This document shows, one piece after another, positions 19,133 to 28,487 of a stretch of DNA of 64,000 nt. The translations under genes were made by a program, and so were the position numbers. The stretch is taken from contig DATKBR010000025.1 in the NCBI GenBank assembly GCA_035513775.1, positions 3,240 to 67,239 of the forward strand, written 5' to 3'. Source of the stretch: Candidatus Limnocylindria bacterium. Lineage in GTDB: Bacteria > Chloroflexota > Limnocylindria > Limnocylindrales > CSP1-4. Each line of letters begins with the position of its first letter. Positions within the stretch are counted from its first letter, which is position 1. The notes below the pieces were generated by a model that searched no databases, had not been told where the DNA came from, and saw only the letters and a list, made by a program, of their open reading frames with translations.

Positions 19133-20379
19133 CCCGGATCCTGGGCTTCATCGTGCACAACTGGCCGCTCAAGCTCGCGGCGATCGGTCTTGCCACGCTG
19201 CTCTACGGTGGACTCGTCCTGTCCGAGACGACGCAGTCGTTCACCGGCAACATCCCGATCCAGATCGTCAACGCACCGGCCGACGTGATCGTCCTGTCGA
19301 ACCCCGGGGCCGTCACCCGCCTGCGCTACGTCGCCCCCGCCGACCTTGGCCTGCGCATCGAGAGCTCGACCTTCCGCGCCACCGTGGACCTGGCGGACGT
19401 CGAGGCAACCGGCGGCCCAGTCTCGCTGGACGTCTCGGTCGAGGCCGTCGACGGGCGCATCCAGGTCCTCGACTTCGAGCCGGGGGCTATCGTCGTGACG
19501 CTGGACCGCGTCGGCTCCAAGAGCGTGCCGATCCGCGCCGTCATCGGGCCGGTGCCGTCGGGCCTCGATGTGGGCGACCCCGTCATCGAGGGCGTCGCGA
19601 CCGCGACCGTCACCGGGCCCCAGTCGGTGGTGGCGAATGTCACCGAGGTCCAGGCGCGGATCACGATCGATGGGTCCGGGATCGACGTCAACCAGCTCGT
19701 CGACCTGCTGCCGGTCGACGGCGCCGAAGAGCCACTGGCCCCGGTCGACGTGGAACCGGCGCAGGTCCGCGTTCGGGTGCCCGTGTTCACGGATCGGCGC
19801 TCCAAGACGCTGCCGGTCACGCCGAACGTCGTCGGCACCCCGGCAGCGGGCTTCGAGGTGGCCTCGATCGAGGTGAATCCGCCGGTCGTCTCGGTCGAGG
19901 GCGACGCCAACGACCTTGCCGGCCTTGATCGCGCCGATACCCTGCCGATCTCCGTCTCCGGGGCGTCGTCACAGGTCGTGCAGACGGTCGGATTGGCCCT
20001 CCCGGACGGCGTCCAGGCGCTGGGCAGGGACACGGTCCAGGTGACCGTCACGCTCCGCCCGCTCACCGGGACGCGCACGTTCGAGGCGGGGCTCGTCCTG
20101 GTCGGCGCCGACCCCGGGTTGGTCTATGCGCTGTCGACGGATCGGGTTCTGGTGACGATCGGCGGCTCCACCGCCGCCCTCGATCGGCTGTCCGGGGTGG
20201 ACCTCGTCCTTACCGCGGACGTCACCGGCCTCGGGGTGGGCACGCATGTGATCGCCCCATCGGCCAACCTGTCGACCGGCCTCACGCTTGTCGCTGCGAG
20301 CCCCAATCCGATCGAGGCGATCGTCTCCAGTCCAGCGGCGCCGCCCGGAGCGTTGCCGGCCGCCTCCGCGACACCCTGA
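19129..20379 (+). CDS. cdaR: CdaA regulatory protein CdaR (YbbR-like repeats)
   Basis: 416 aa. ATGA overlap with cdaA. N-terminal TM segment, then repeated beta-rich YbbR-like modules (V-x-V-x-P pattern). Position between cdaA and glmM. Confidence 0.8.
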   Translation: MTRILGFIVHNWPLKLAAIGLATLLYGGLVLSETTQSFTGNIPIQIVNAPADVIVLSNPGAVTRLRYVAPADLGLRIESSTFRATVDLADVEATGGPVSLDVSVEAVDGRIQVLDFEPGAIVVTLDRVGSKSVPIRAVIGPVPSGLDVGDPVIEGVATATVTGPQSVVANVTEVQARITIDGSGIDVNQLVDLLPVDGAEEPLAPVDVEPAQVRVRVPVFTDRRSKTLPVTPNVVGTPAAGFEVASIEVNPPVVSVEGDANDLAGLDRADTLPISVSGASSQVVQTVGLALPDGVQALGRDTVQVTVTLRPLTGTRTFEAGLVLVGADPGLVYALSTDRVLVTIGGSTAALDRLSGVDLVLTADVTGLGVGTHVIAPSANLSTGLTLVAASPNPIEAIVSSPAAPPGALPAASATP

Positions 20380-20415
20380 CCCGACCCTAACCCGCACGCG
20401 AGGGAACGATCACCC

Positions 20416-21765
20416 GTGCCACGCCTGTTCGGTACCGACGGCATCCGCGGCGTCGCTAACGTCGACCTCAAGCCAACGACGGCATTCGCCCTCGGGTGCG
20501 CTACCGCGCACCGGCTCGTTGAGCCGGGCGGCGCGATCGTCGTGGGACAGGACACCCGACGCTCCGGCGACATGTTCGTCGCCGCGATCGCGGCGGGCGC
20601 CACGAGCCTGGGCGTGACCGTGAGCGTCGTCGGCGTCGTGCCGACCCCGGCCCTGGCGTTCCTCGCGGCGGCGGGCGACGCCGCTGCGGGAATCATGGTC
20701 TCCGCCTCGCACAACCCGGCCGAGGACAACGGCCTCAAGGTCCTCGACGGCGACGGGTTGAAGCTCGACGATGCGGTCGAGGACGAGCTCGAGCAGCTCA
20801 TCTGGCGCTCCGACGAGCTCACCGGCGTGCCGGCCGACATGATCGGGACGATCGTCGACGCGCGCGATCGGATCGCGCGCTACGTGGCCCACCGCGAAGC
20901 ACTTGCCGCGACGATCGACGCGTCGGGGCTGCGAATCGTCCTCGACTGTGCGAACGGCTCCGCGTCCGGCGTGGGCGCGCAGATCATCCGGGCCACCGGC
21001 GCGCAGGTCGAGGTCATCAACGACCAGCCGGATGGCCTGAACATCAACCTCCGCTCCGGCGCCACGGACCCCGCGGGCCTGGCCGCCCGCGTCGTCGAGC
21101 GCGGCGCGGATCTGGGCTTCGCCGTGGACGGCGACGCGGACCGGCTGGTCGCCGTGGACGGCTCGGGCGCGGTGGTCGACGGGGACCGGATCATCGGCGT
21201 CCTCGCCCTCGAACGGCTTGGGCGCGCTGGCGCGGATCGGGGCGATCCCTCGATCGGCACGCTCGTCGTCTCCGTGCTGTCGAACGGGGGCCTCCAGGCC
21301 GCGGTCGAGAAGGCTGGCGGGACCGTGGTCCGGACCCCGGTAGGCGACAAGTACATCCTCGATGGCATGCAGGTGTCCGGCGCCAGCCTGGGCGGCGAGA
21401 AGAGCGGGCACGTGATCGTCCGGGAGCACACGACCTCGGGGGATGGCCTCGTCACGGCGCTCGAGGTCCTGCGCGTGGTCACGAGCTCCGGGCGGCGCCT
21501 CGCCGAGCTCGCCAACGGGATTCCCTTGCTGCCCCAGGAGCAGCGCGCGGTTCGCGTCCGGCACAAGGAGCAGTGGGAGGGCGATCCCGTGCTGCAGCGG
21601 GCCATCGCCGATGCCGAATCTCGCCTGGGTGCCGGCGGGAGGGTGCTGGTCCGGCCGTCCGGGACGGAGCCATCGCTCAGGGTGATGATCGAGGGGGGCG
21701 ACGCCGATCTGGTTCGCGAGCTGGCCGACGGTTTGTCGGCGCTCGCGGAACAGCGACTACACTGA
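20416..21765 (+). CDS. glmM: Phosphoglucosamine mutase
   Basis: 449 aa. LFGTDGIRG, the active-site SASHNPAEDNGLK, and GFAVDGDADR. Confidence 0.95.
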   Translation: MPRLFGTDGIRGVANVDLKPTTAFALGCATAHRLVEPGGAIVVGQDTRRSGDMFVAAIAAGATSLGVTVSVVGVVPTPALAFLAAAGDAAAGIMVSASHNPAEDNGLKVLDGDGLKLDDAVEDELEQLIWRSDELTGVPADMIGTIVDARDRIARYVAHREALAATIDASGLRIVLDCANGSASGVGAQIIRATGAQVEVINDQPDGLNINLRSGATDPAGLAARVVERGADLGFAVDGDADRLVAVDGSGAVVDGDRIIGVLALERLGRAGADRGDPSIGTLVVSVLSNGGLQAAVEKAGGTVVRTPVGDKYILDGMQVSGASLGGEKSGHVIVREHTTSGDGLVTALEVLRVVTSSGRRLAELANGIPLLPQEQRAVRVRHKEQWEGDPVLQRAIADAESRLGAGGRVLVRPSGTEPSLRVMIEGGDADLVRELADGLSALAEQRLH

Positions 21766-21772
21766 CCGACTC

Positions 21773-23605
21773 ATGTGCGGAATCGTCGGCTACACGGGGC
21801 CACGCCCGGCCGGCCCGATCCTGATGGAGGGCCTGCGCCGCCTCGAGTACCGGGGCTATGACTCGGCGGGAATCGCGCTCGTGGACGACCAGGGCGACCT
21901 GTTCGTGGAGAAGCGGGCCGGGAAGCTGGGCAACCTGCGCACGGCGATCGCGGAGCGCACCCCGCACGCCGCTCTGGGCCTCGCGCACACCCGCTGGGCG
22001 ACGCATGGCCGCCCGAACGACGTCAACGCCCATCCCCAGGTGGACTGTACGGGCCGGATCACGGTGATCCACAACGGGATCATCGAGAACTTCCAGGACC
22101 TCCGGGACGGGCTCGAGGCGCGCGGCCACACGCTCGTGTCCGAGACCGACACGGAGGCGATCGCCCACCTGATCGAGGAGGCCTATGACGGTGACATCGG
22201 CGAGGCTGCGCGGGCCGCGCTGCGCCAGCTCCATGGCGCCTATGCCCTGGCGATCATGCACCGCGACGAGAGCGACCGGCTCATCGGGGCGCGGAAGGAC
22301 GTGCCGCTCGTCGTCGGGATAGGCGAGGGGGAGTCGTTCCTCGCCTCCGACGTGGCCGCGATCCTGGGCGACACGCGCCGGGTGATCTTCCTCGAGGAGG
22401 GCGACGTCGCGGACCTGACACCGGACCGCGTGGTCATCACGGACCTCGAAGGACGGCCGGTCGAGCGGGTTATCGAGACAATTGACTGGACGATCGAGGC
22501 CGCCGAGAAGGGTGGCTACGACACGTTCATGCTCAAGGAGATCCACGAGCAGCCCGAGGCGCTGCGCCGGTCATTGACCGGGCGGATCACGCTGGCGGGG
22601 CGGATCCAGGCACCGGAGCTCGAGACGATCGTTGACGCCGTGCGCGCCGCGACGCGCGTGGAGTTCGTCGCCTGCGGCACCGCTTCGTACGCCGCGATGG
22701 TGGGCGCGCGGGCGATCCAGGAGCTCACGGACCTCCCGGCACGAGTCACGGTCGGCTCGGAGTTCCGCTACGACCCGCCGCCCCTCGACGAGAAGGTCCT
22801 CGTGATCGCCGTCACCCAGTCCGGCGAGACCGCGGACACCATCGCCCCGACCCGGCTCGCGCGGGAGCGTGGCTGCCCGATCGTCGCGGTCACCAACACG
22901 CTGGGCTCGGCGATCACGCGCGAGGCCGACGCAGTGCTGTTCCTGCAGGCCGGCCCGGAGATGGCCGTTGCAGCGAGCAAGACGTTCGTGACGCAGGTGA
23001 CGACCCTCGTCGTCCTGGCGGCCGGGATCGCGCGGCTGCGCGGCACGCTTGACGACGCGACCGAGGAGGCCCTCGTGGCCGGGCTGCGTGCCCTGCCCGC
23101 CGCCGCCGCCCGGGCGATCGAGTTGAACGAGCCCGGCGCACCGGACCTCGCGCGCCGCTATGTGAACTCGCGCGGCTTCATGTTCGTAGGGCGTGGGGCC
23201 ACATACCCGGCCGCGCTCGAAGGGGCGCTCAAGCTGAAGGAGATCAGCTACGTCCACGCCGAGGGCTATCCAGCCGGCGAGCTCAAGCACGGCCCGATCT
23301 CGCTGCTCGACGCGGAGTGCCCGCTGGTGGCCGTGGCGACGCGCTCGTCGACGTACGACAAGCTGATCAGCAACGTCATGGAGGGTCGCGCCCGAGACGC
23401 GAAGGTGATCGCCGTCGCGACCGAGGGCGACGAGCACATCGGGCGGATCGCCGACGACGTGTGCTGGGTGCCCGATACCCACGAGACACTGAGCCCGGTG
23501 CTCGCGATCATTCCCCTCCAGCTGTTCGCCTACCACGTCGCGCTGGCGCGAGGCACGGACGTCGACCAGCCGCGCAACCTGGCGAAGTCCGTCACGGTCG
23601 AGTAG
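21773..23605 (+). CDS. glmS: Glutamine--fructose-6-phosphate aminotransferase
   Basis: 610 aa. MCGIVGY N-terminal nucleophile, two SIS domains, C-terminal DQPRNLAKSVTVE. Confidence 0.97.
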   Translation: MCGIVGYTGPRPAGPILMEGLRRLEYRGYDSAGIALVDDQGDLFVEKRAGKLGNLRTAIAERTPHAALGLAHTRWATHGRPNDVNAHPQVDCTGRITVIHNGIIENFQDLRDGLEARGHTLVSETDTEAIAHLIEEAYDGDIGEAARAALRQLHGAYALAIMHRDESDRLIGARKDVPLVVGIGEGESFLASDVAAILGDTRRVIFLEEGDVADLTPDRVVITDLEGRPVERVIETIDWTIEAAEKGGYDTFMLKEIHEQPEALRRSLTGRITLAGRIQAPELETIVDAVRAATRVEFVACGTASYAAMVGARAIQELTDLPARVTVGSEFRYDPPPLDEKVLVIAVTQSGETADTIAPTRLARERGCPIVAVTNTLGSAITREADAVLFLQAGPEMAVAASKTFVTQVTTLVVLAAGIARLRGTLDDATEEALVAGLRALPAAAARAIELNEPGAPDLARRYVNSRGFMFVGRGATYPAALEGALKLKEISYVHAEGYPAGELKHGPISLLDAECPLVAVATRSSTYDKLISNVMEGRARDAKVIAVATEGDEHIGRIADDVCWVPDTHETLSPVLAIIPLQLFAYHVALARGTDVDQPRNLAKSVTVE

Positions 23606-23617
23606 GCGCGCCCCGGC

Positions 23618-24163
23618 ATGGCAGGGCCCGAGGACGCCGCACCGGGCGCCGGATTCTCGCCACCGGCGGGCACGACCGAGCTGGGCATAGACATCATCAA
23701 GGTCTCGCGCATCCGCGACGCGCTCGCGAAGTTCGGGCGCCGGTTCCCGCGCCGGGTCCTGACGGACGCCGAGGATCGGTACGTTCGTGATCGACCCGAG
23801 ACGTTTGCCGGTCGATGGGCGGCCAAGGAGGCCGTCAGCAAGGTGCTCGGGCTGGGCGTTCGGGGCATCGGCTGGCGCGACATCGAGATCGAGCGGCTCC
23901 CGACCGGGCAGCCGTCGGTTCGCCTTCATGGTCGCGCGGCGGCGCGCGCGGAGCAGCTGGAGATGGGCCGCATCGCGGTATCGATCACGCACGAGGCCGA
24001 GTACGCGGTCGCGGTCGCGTTCGGCATTCGCAACGCCGGCGGTCGCTACGTGTTCCCGCTCGACATCGAGGCCCGGCTCGACGATCGGCAGCGGCAGATC
24101 CTCGCGCGCATGGAGCGCCTGCGCACCATGGACGCTGCGAGTCGTGAGCCCAACGATGCCTGA
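23618..24163 (+). CDS. acpS: Holo-[acyl-carrier-protein] synthase (with N- and C-terminal extensions)
   Basis: 181 aa. GIDIIKVSRI, FAGRWAAKEAVSKVLG and SITHEAEYAVAVA motifs. Confidence 0.85.
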   Translation: MAGPEDAAPGAGFSPPAGTTELGIDIIKVSRIRDALAKFGRRFPRRVLTDAEDRYVRDRPETFAGRWAAKEAVSKVLGLGVRGIGWRDIEIERLPTGQPSVRLHGRAAARAEQLEMGRIAVSITHEAEYAVAVAFGIRNAGGRYVFPLDIEARLDDRQRQILARMERLRTMDAASREPNDA

Positions 24164-25232
24164 GCAGCGGCCGCTGGGCTTCGGGCGGCACGAGGCCACC
24201 GCCGCCACCGCCACCACGGACGGCGCGCCCGCTGATCCCGCGGTGATGGATGATCGCGTCGCGGCGGCCCTCCTGCCCGAGCGGCCCGCGCGCGGCCACA
24301 AGGGAACGTTCGGCAAGGTTCTCGTGATCGCCGGCTCGCTGGACTACGCGGGTGCGGCACTGCTCGTCTGCCGCGCCGCCGGACGCGCCGGCGCCGGCCT
24401 CGTGACCCTCGCCGTGCCGGAGTCGCTCCAGCCGCTGTTCGCGGCCAAGGTGGTCGACGCGACCACCATGGCGTTGCCGGAGGACGACGTCGAGGAGGTG
24501 GATCCGGAGCCCGCCATCGCCCGGATCCTGGACCACGAGCACGACGCGATCGTCGTGGGCCCCGGGCTGCGGCCCGGTCTCGCCACCGCGGAGCTCGTGC
24601 GCATGCTCCTGGCGGCGCGTGGCGAGGCGCAGGGCGAGGGGGCCTCGGAGGTGCCCCCGATGGTGCTCGACGCGGAGGCGCTGCGGTCGATGGCCACGCT
24701 CGGGGAGTGGTGGACGGCCACCGGCCGGACCTGCGTGCTGACGCCGCACCCCGGGGAGTTCGAGCGCCTGCGTTCCGGTTCGGGCATCGAGCCCGAGGTG
24801 GCGGACGATCTCGCCGGCGACGACGCCGCGAGGCGCTCGGCTGCGATCGCGGCCGCGGGCACATGGCGCCAGGTGGTCGTGCTGAAGGGCGCCAGGACGG
24901 TGATCGCGGAGCCGGACGGAAGCGTGGCCGTGGCTCCCTTCGAGAACCCCGCGCTCGCGACCGGAGGGACGGGGGACGTCCTGGCCGGGATCATCGGCGC
25001 GCTCCTCGCCCAGGGCGTCGCGCCCGGCGCGGCGGCGCGCCTCGGCGTCTACCTGCACGGGACCGCCGGCGACCTGGTCCGCGAGCGCCTTGGCGACGCC
25101 GGGCTGCTCGCCTCCGACCTGCCCGACGCCGTACCGCTCGTCCGCAAGCGCCTCGCCGGCGTCGCGGAGCGAAACCGCGGTGGCAAGCGATTGGGGTTCG
25201 CGGTCCGGGGATCCGCCGGAGCCGGCGCCTGA
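24156..25232 (+). CDS. nnrD: ADP-dependent NAD(P)H-hydrate dehydratase (YjeF C-terminal type only)
   Basis: ATG 24156 inside track ORF 23787..25232, with an 8-nt overlap with acpS. HKGTFGKVLVIAGSLDYAGAALL and GGTGDVLAGIIGALLAQG motifs. No epimerase domain seen. Confidence 0.85.
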   Translation: MPEQRPLGFGRHEATAATATTDGAPADPAVMDDRVAAALLPERPARGHKGTFGKVLVIAGSLDYAGAALLVCRAAGRAGAGLVTLAVPESLQPLFAAKVVDATTMALPEDDVEEVDPEPAIARILDHEHDAIVVGPGLRPGLATAELVRMLLAARGEAQGEGASEVPPMVLDAEALRSMATLGEWWTATGRTCVLTPHPGEFERLRSGSGIEPEVADDLAGDDAARRSAAIAAAGTWRQVVVLKGARTVIAEPDGSVAVAPFENPALATGGTGDVLAGIIGALLAQGVAPGAAARLGVYLHGTAGDLVRERLGDAGLLASDLPDAVPLVRKRLAGVAERNRGGKRLGFAVRGSAGAGA

Positions 25233-26518
25233 ACGGGCGCCTGAGCGAGTCGCCGGCGCGAAGCCCCATCGAGGAGCGGCTCGCCGCCGCAGGCCTGCCG
25301 CCAATCCCGCGGACCGCCTGGGCCGAGATAGATCTCGATGCCCTCGCCGGCAACCTCGCGGTCCTCCGGCGCCTCGCCGGTCCCGGGATCCCGGTGCATC
25401 CGGTCGTAAAGGCGGACGCGTACGGGCACGGGGCGATCCCGGTCGCGATGGCCCTCGAGGCCGCCGGCGCCGACGGGTTCTGCGTCGCCACGATTGATGA
25501 GGCGCTCGCTCTGAGACGCGCCGGCATCGACCGCCCGATCCTGGTCCTGTACCCGATCCCGGCCGCCCTTGCCGGCGCCGCAGCGCGCGAGCGGATCGCC
25601 GTGACGGCGGGGGACGACGAGCTCCTGGTCGCGCTGCTGACCACGCTCCGGGATTCGCCCACGGAGCGGCCGCTGGACGTTCATGTCGAGGTCGAGACCG
25701 GCCTCGGGCGTGGCGGGTTCGACACGGCGCACGTACGGGAGGCGGCGCGGGCGCTCGCCGCCGCCGAGGGCGTCCGGCTGGCCGGCGCCTGGACCCATTT
25801 TCAGGCGGCCGAGGACGGCACGCGTACTGCCGCACAGCTGGCGGCCTTCGAGCGCGTGATGGCGGGGCTTGCCGAGGCCGGACTTGCGGTTTCGCCGCGC
25901 CACGTTGCGGCGAGCGGCGGCCTGCTGCTGGACGGCGTCGCCAGCTTCGAAGGCGTCCGACCCGGCCTCGCCACCTACGGGCTCGTGCCCGACGAGCTCC
26001 TTGCCGTTGCCGGACCCGCTCCTGTCGGTGCCGCCGCCGACCTCCGGCCGATCCTGGCGCTGTACGCGCGCCCGGTCCGGGTGGCTGACGTGCCCGCGGG
26101 CTGGGGCATCAGCTACGGCCCGACGTTCACCACCACCCGGCCCAGCCGGATCGCCACGCTGCCGCTCGGCTACGGCGACGGCTGGCCGCGCATCCTCTCG
26201 AATCGCGCCGACGCGCTCGTCCGCGGCCGGCGCGTGCCCCTCGTCGGCAACGTCGCGATGGATGCAGTGATGGCCGACGTCAGCGACGTGCCGGGACCGC
26301 CTGTCGACGTGGCCGACGAGTTCGTCCTGCTCGGTGCCCAGGGCGGCGAGCGGATCACCGCGGCGGACCTCGCCGCGGCCCAGGGCACGAACTCCTGGGA
26401 GGTGGTCACGAACCTCTCCGCGCGCCTGCCTCGGGTGTACCATGCGGCGTCCGTCCCGCGGGAGACGCGGACCCTCGACGCGGACGAGGGCGACGGCAGG
26501 AGGTCGATGCGACCGTGA
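25229..26518 (+). CDS. alr: Alanine racemase (start codon uncertain, no canonical start available)
   Basis: TAWAEIDLDALAGNL and PVVKADAYGHG (PLP-Lys motif). The frame lies within track ORF 24707..26518. There is no ATG/GTG/TTG between the nnrD overlap zone and the conserved N-terminus. CTG 25229 overlaps the nnrD TGA (CTGA), with GGAG 7 nt upstream. Confidence 0.88.
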   Translation: MNGRLSESPARSPIEERLAAAGLPPIPRTAWAEIDLDALAGNLAVLRRLAGPGIPVHPVVKADAYGHGAIPVAMALEAAGADGFCVATIDEALALRRAGIDRPILVLYPIPAALAGAAARERIAVTAGDDELLVALLTTLRDSPTERPLDVHVEVETGLGRGGFDTAHVREAARALAAAEGVRLAGAWTHFQAAEDGTRTAAQLAAFERVMAGLAEAGLAVSPRHVAASGGLLLDGVASFEGVRPGLATYGLVPDELLAVAGPAPVGAAADLRPILALYARPVRVADVPAGWGISYGPTFTTTRPSRIATLPLGYGDGWPRILSNRADALVRGRRVPLVGNVAMDAVMADVSDVPGPPVDVADEFVLLGAQGGERITAADLAAAQGTNSWEVVTNLSARLPRVYHAASVPRETRTLDADEGDGRRSMRP

Positions 26519-26805
26519 GCGAGCTCGGCGGCCTCGGTGATGAGCAGCGCGACGAGCTGGTCGAAGACGTCGCGCGCGAGATCCAGATGCGCGGCCTGAC
26601 GGCGCCGGCCGTCCACTTCCTGCAGGCATCGCGGCCGTACCGTCCTCTCGGCTCCAACGCCATGCTCTTCTTCGACCCCGTGCTCCACGGCCTGTTCGGT
26701 GGCGATCTCCCGGGCGCGTCGGCGCTGCTCGCGGACGAGGACGGCATCGAGCAGCTGATCGAGCGGCTGGAGGACCTGTCCGAGGAGACCGGCTGGGACG
26801 CCTGA
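26515..26805 (+). CDS. Hypothetical acidic 96-aa protein
   Basis: GTG overlaps the alr stop (GTGA). Diverse amino-acid composition (…AVHFLQASRPYRPLGSNAMLFFDPVLHGLF…). No family recognised. Confidence 0.5.
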   Translation: MSELGGLGDEQRDELVEDVAREIQMRGLTAPAVHFLQASRPYRPLGSNAMLFFDPVLHGLFGGDLPGASALLADEDGIEQLIERLEDLSEETGWDA

Positions 26806-26830
26806 CGCGCACCGCCGGTAGCATGGGCCG

Positions 26831-28459
26831 GTGACGACCGTTCCCAGGGCGCTGCTTGCCATCGATGCCGGCGCGGCCACGACATCGGTCGCGCTGCTCG
26901 GCAAGCCCGGCGCCCGCTGGCGCCTCCTCGGCGCGCTCTCCGGCCCGGCCGGGACCTCGCCCGATGGGATCGCGGAGGTCCTCGCGGAGAGGCTCGTCGC
27001 CGCCGACCTGGGTCTCGCCGATCACGTGGGCGTCAGTCCGCCCGCGGTGGCTGACCTGCCCCGGCTGGAGGCGCGGAGCGAGCCGCCGCAGACGCTGGCG
27101 GTGCTCGGCGCGTCGCGCCGTTCGGTCGGATTGCTTGAGGCGGTCGCGGCCCGCACGCCGTGGCGAATCCGCGCCGCATCGCCGGAGAGCCACGACCCGC
27201 GCGAGATGACCGAGCTCGCGCTCCGGCCGGACGTATCGGCGGTCATCGTCGGCGCGGGAGACCCGCCCGGACCCGACGAGCGGGGCTGGCTGGACGACCT
27301 CGCCGGCCTCGTCGGCGCCGTGGCGAGGCGGCGCCCGGATCTGATCGTCATCCTCGCCGGGCCCGTCGCGGCACGCGCGGCGTGGGCGGAGGGGTTCGGC
27401 GGGCCCATAGAAGCCGCCGCAGATCGAGTGCACCAGGCGCCGGCCCTCGGGCTGCGCAGCGGCCCCGACGAGCCGCTCCGCGAGATCCTGGAACGACTCC
27501 TGCCGGATACCGCCGACACCAGGCACATGGCCGTGCGGGCGCTCCTTTCGCTCGCCGACACGCTCGACCGGCGCATCGAGCTGCTCGACATCGGGCTGGA
27601 CGGCGGCGTGCGGGCAATGGCGACGCCCGGCGTCGCCGACCAGGGCCCGGTCGCGGTGGCGGTTCGCACCGCCCAGGCAGCACTCGTGCCGCCCGAGATC
27701 AATGACTCCGCGGTCGATTCAGTCCTGGCCTGGACCACCGGTAGCCTCGACCGTCACCGGATGGGCGACCGGCTCCTGGACCTGCGGATCCAGCCCTGGG
27801 CGGACGCCTCGGGCGACGGGGCACGGCTTCGGCTGGCCGCGGCGCGCGCGGCGCTGAGCCGGCTCGCCAGGCGGAGCACGGACATCGGCGCGCTCGCCAC
27901 CCCGGACGTGACGATCATCGCCGGCGGCGCCTTCGCCGTCGCGCCGGCGCGAGCGGTCGCGCTTGCGGTTGCCGACACGGTGCGACGCGCGGGCGCCACC
28001 CAGCTGTCCGTCGATCATGCCCGGCTCCTCGGGCCTATCGGGACGATCGACGACCCGGACGAGCGGCGGGACCTCGTCGCGGACCTTGCGGACGATCTCC
28101 TGGCGCCCATCGGCAGCCTGCTCGTGGTCGCGAGCGCCCCCGCCTCGCGTCGGAACCCCTCGCGCGCGGGCCGGCTCACCCTCGACGGCGACCAGCACGG
28201 TCGCCACGACCTCGCCGGCGGCGAGGTCGCGTTCGTCGATCTCGCGCCGGGCGAGCGTGCCCTGGCAACGCTCGAGTTCCGCGATGCGGTGCGGATCGGC
28301 CACCGCGCCCGGCGCGTCGCCGTGCCGGTCGCAGGCGGTGTGGCCGGGCTGGCCGTGGACCTTCGCGACGTGCCGCTCCGCCTGCCCGAGCGGCGGGATC
28401 ACAGGCGCGCCGCCCTCGCGGCCTGGGGCGAGCTGGCGTGGCCGGGGGACGAACGATGA
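26831..28459 (+). CDS. Hypothetical protein, possible ASKHA-fold (MutL/GlmL-like) ATPase
   Basis: 542 aa. The N-terminal LLAIDAGAATTSVALLG resembles a phosphate-1 motif, with DIGLDGG and IIAGGAF later. Similarity judged by eye only. Confidence 0.55.
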   Translation: MTTVPRALLAIDAGAATTSVALLGKPGARWRLLGALSGPAGTSPDGIAEVLAERLVAADLGLADHVGVSPPAVADLPRLEARSEPPQTLAVLGASRRSVGLLEAVAARTPWRIRAASPESHDPREMTELALRPDVSAVIVGAGDPPGPDERGWLDDLAGLVGAVARRRPDLIVILAGPVAARAAWAEGFGGPIEAAADRVHQAPALGLRSGPDEPLREILERLLPDTADTRHMAVRALLSLADTLDRRIELLDIGLDGGVRAMATPGVADQGPVAVAVRTAQAALVPPEINDSAVDSVLAWTTGSLDRHRMGDRLLDLRIQPWADASGDGARLRLAAARAALSRLARRSTDIGALATPDVTIIAGGAFAVAPARAVALAVADTVRRAGATQLSVDHARLLGPIGTIDDPDERRDLVADLADDLLAPIGSLLVVASAPASRRNPSRAGRLTLDGDQHGRHDLAGGEVAFVDLAPGERALATLEFRDAVRIGHRARRVAVPVAGGVAGLAVDLRDVPLRLPERRDHRRAALAAWGELAWPGDER

Positions 28460-28487
28460 ACGCCGCGCGACGCCCGAAGTGCGAGCC

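Noticed and set aside
21766-21772. glmS ribozyme upstream of glmS.
   Set aside because: Only 7 nt separate glmM and glmS, so there is no room for the ~170-nt ribozyme.
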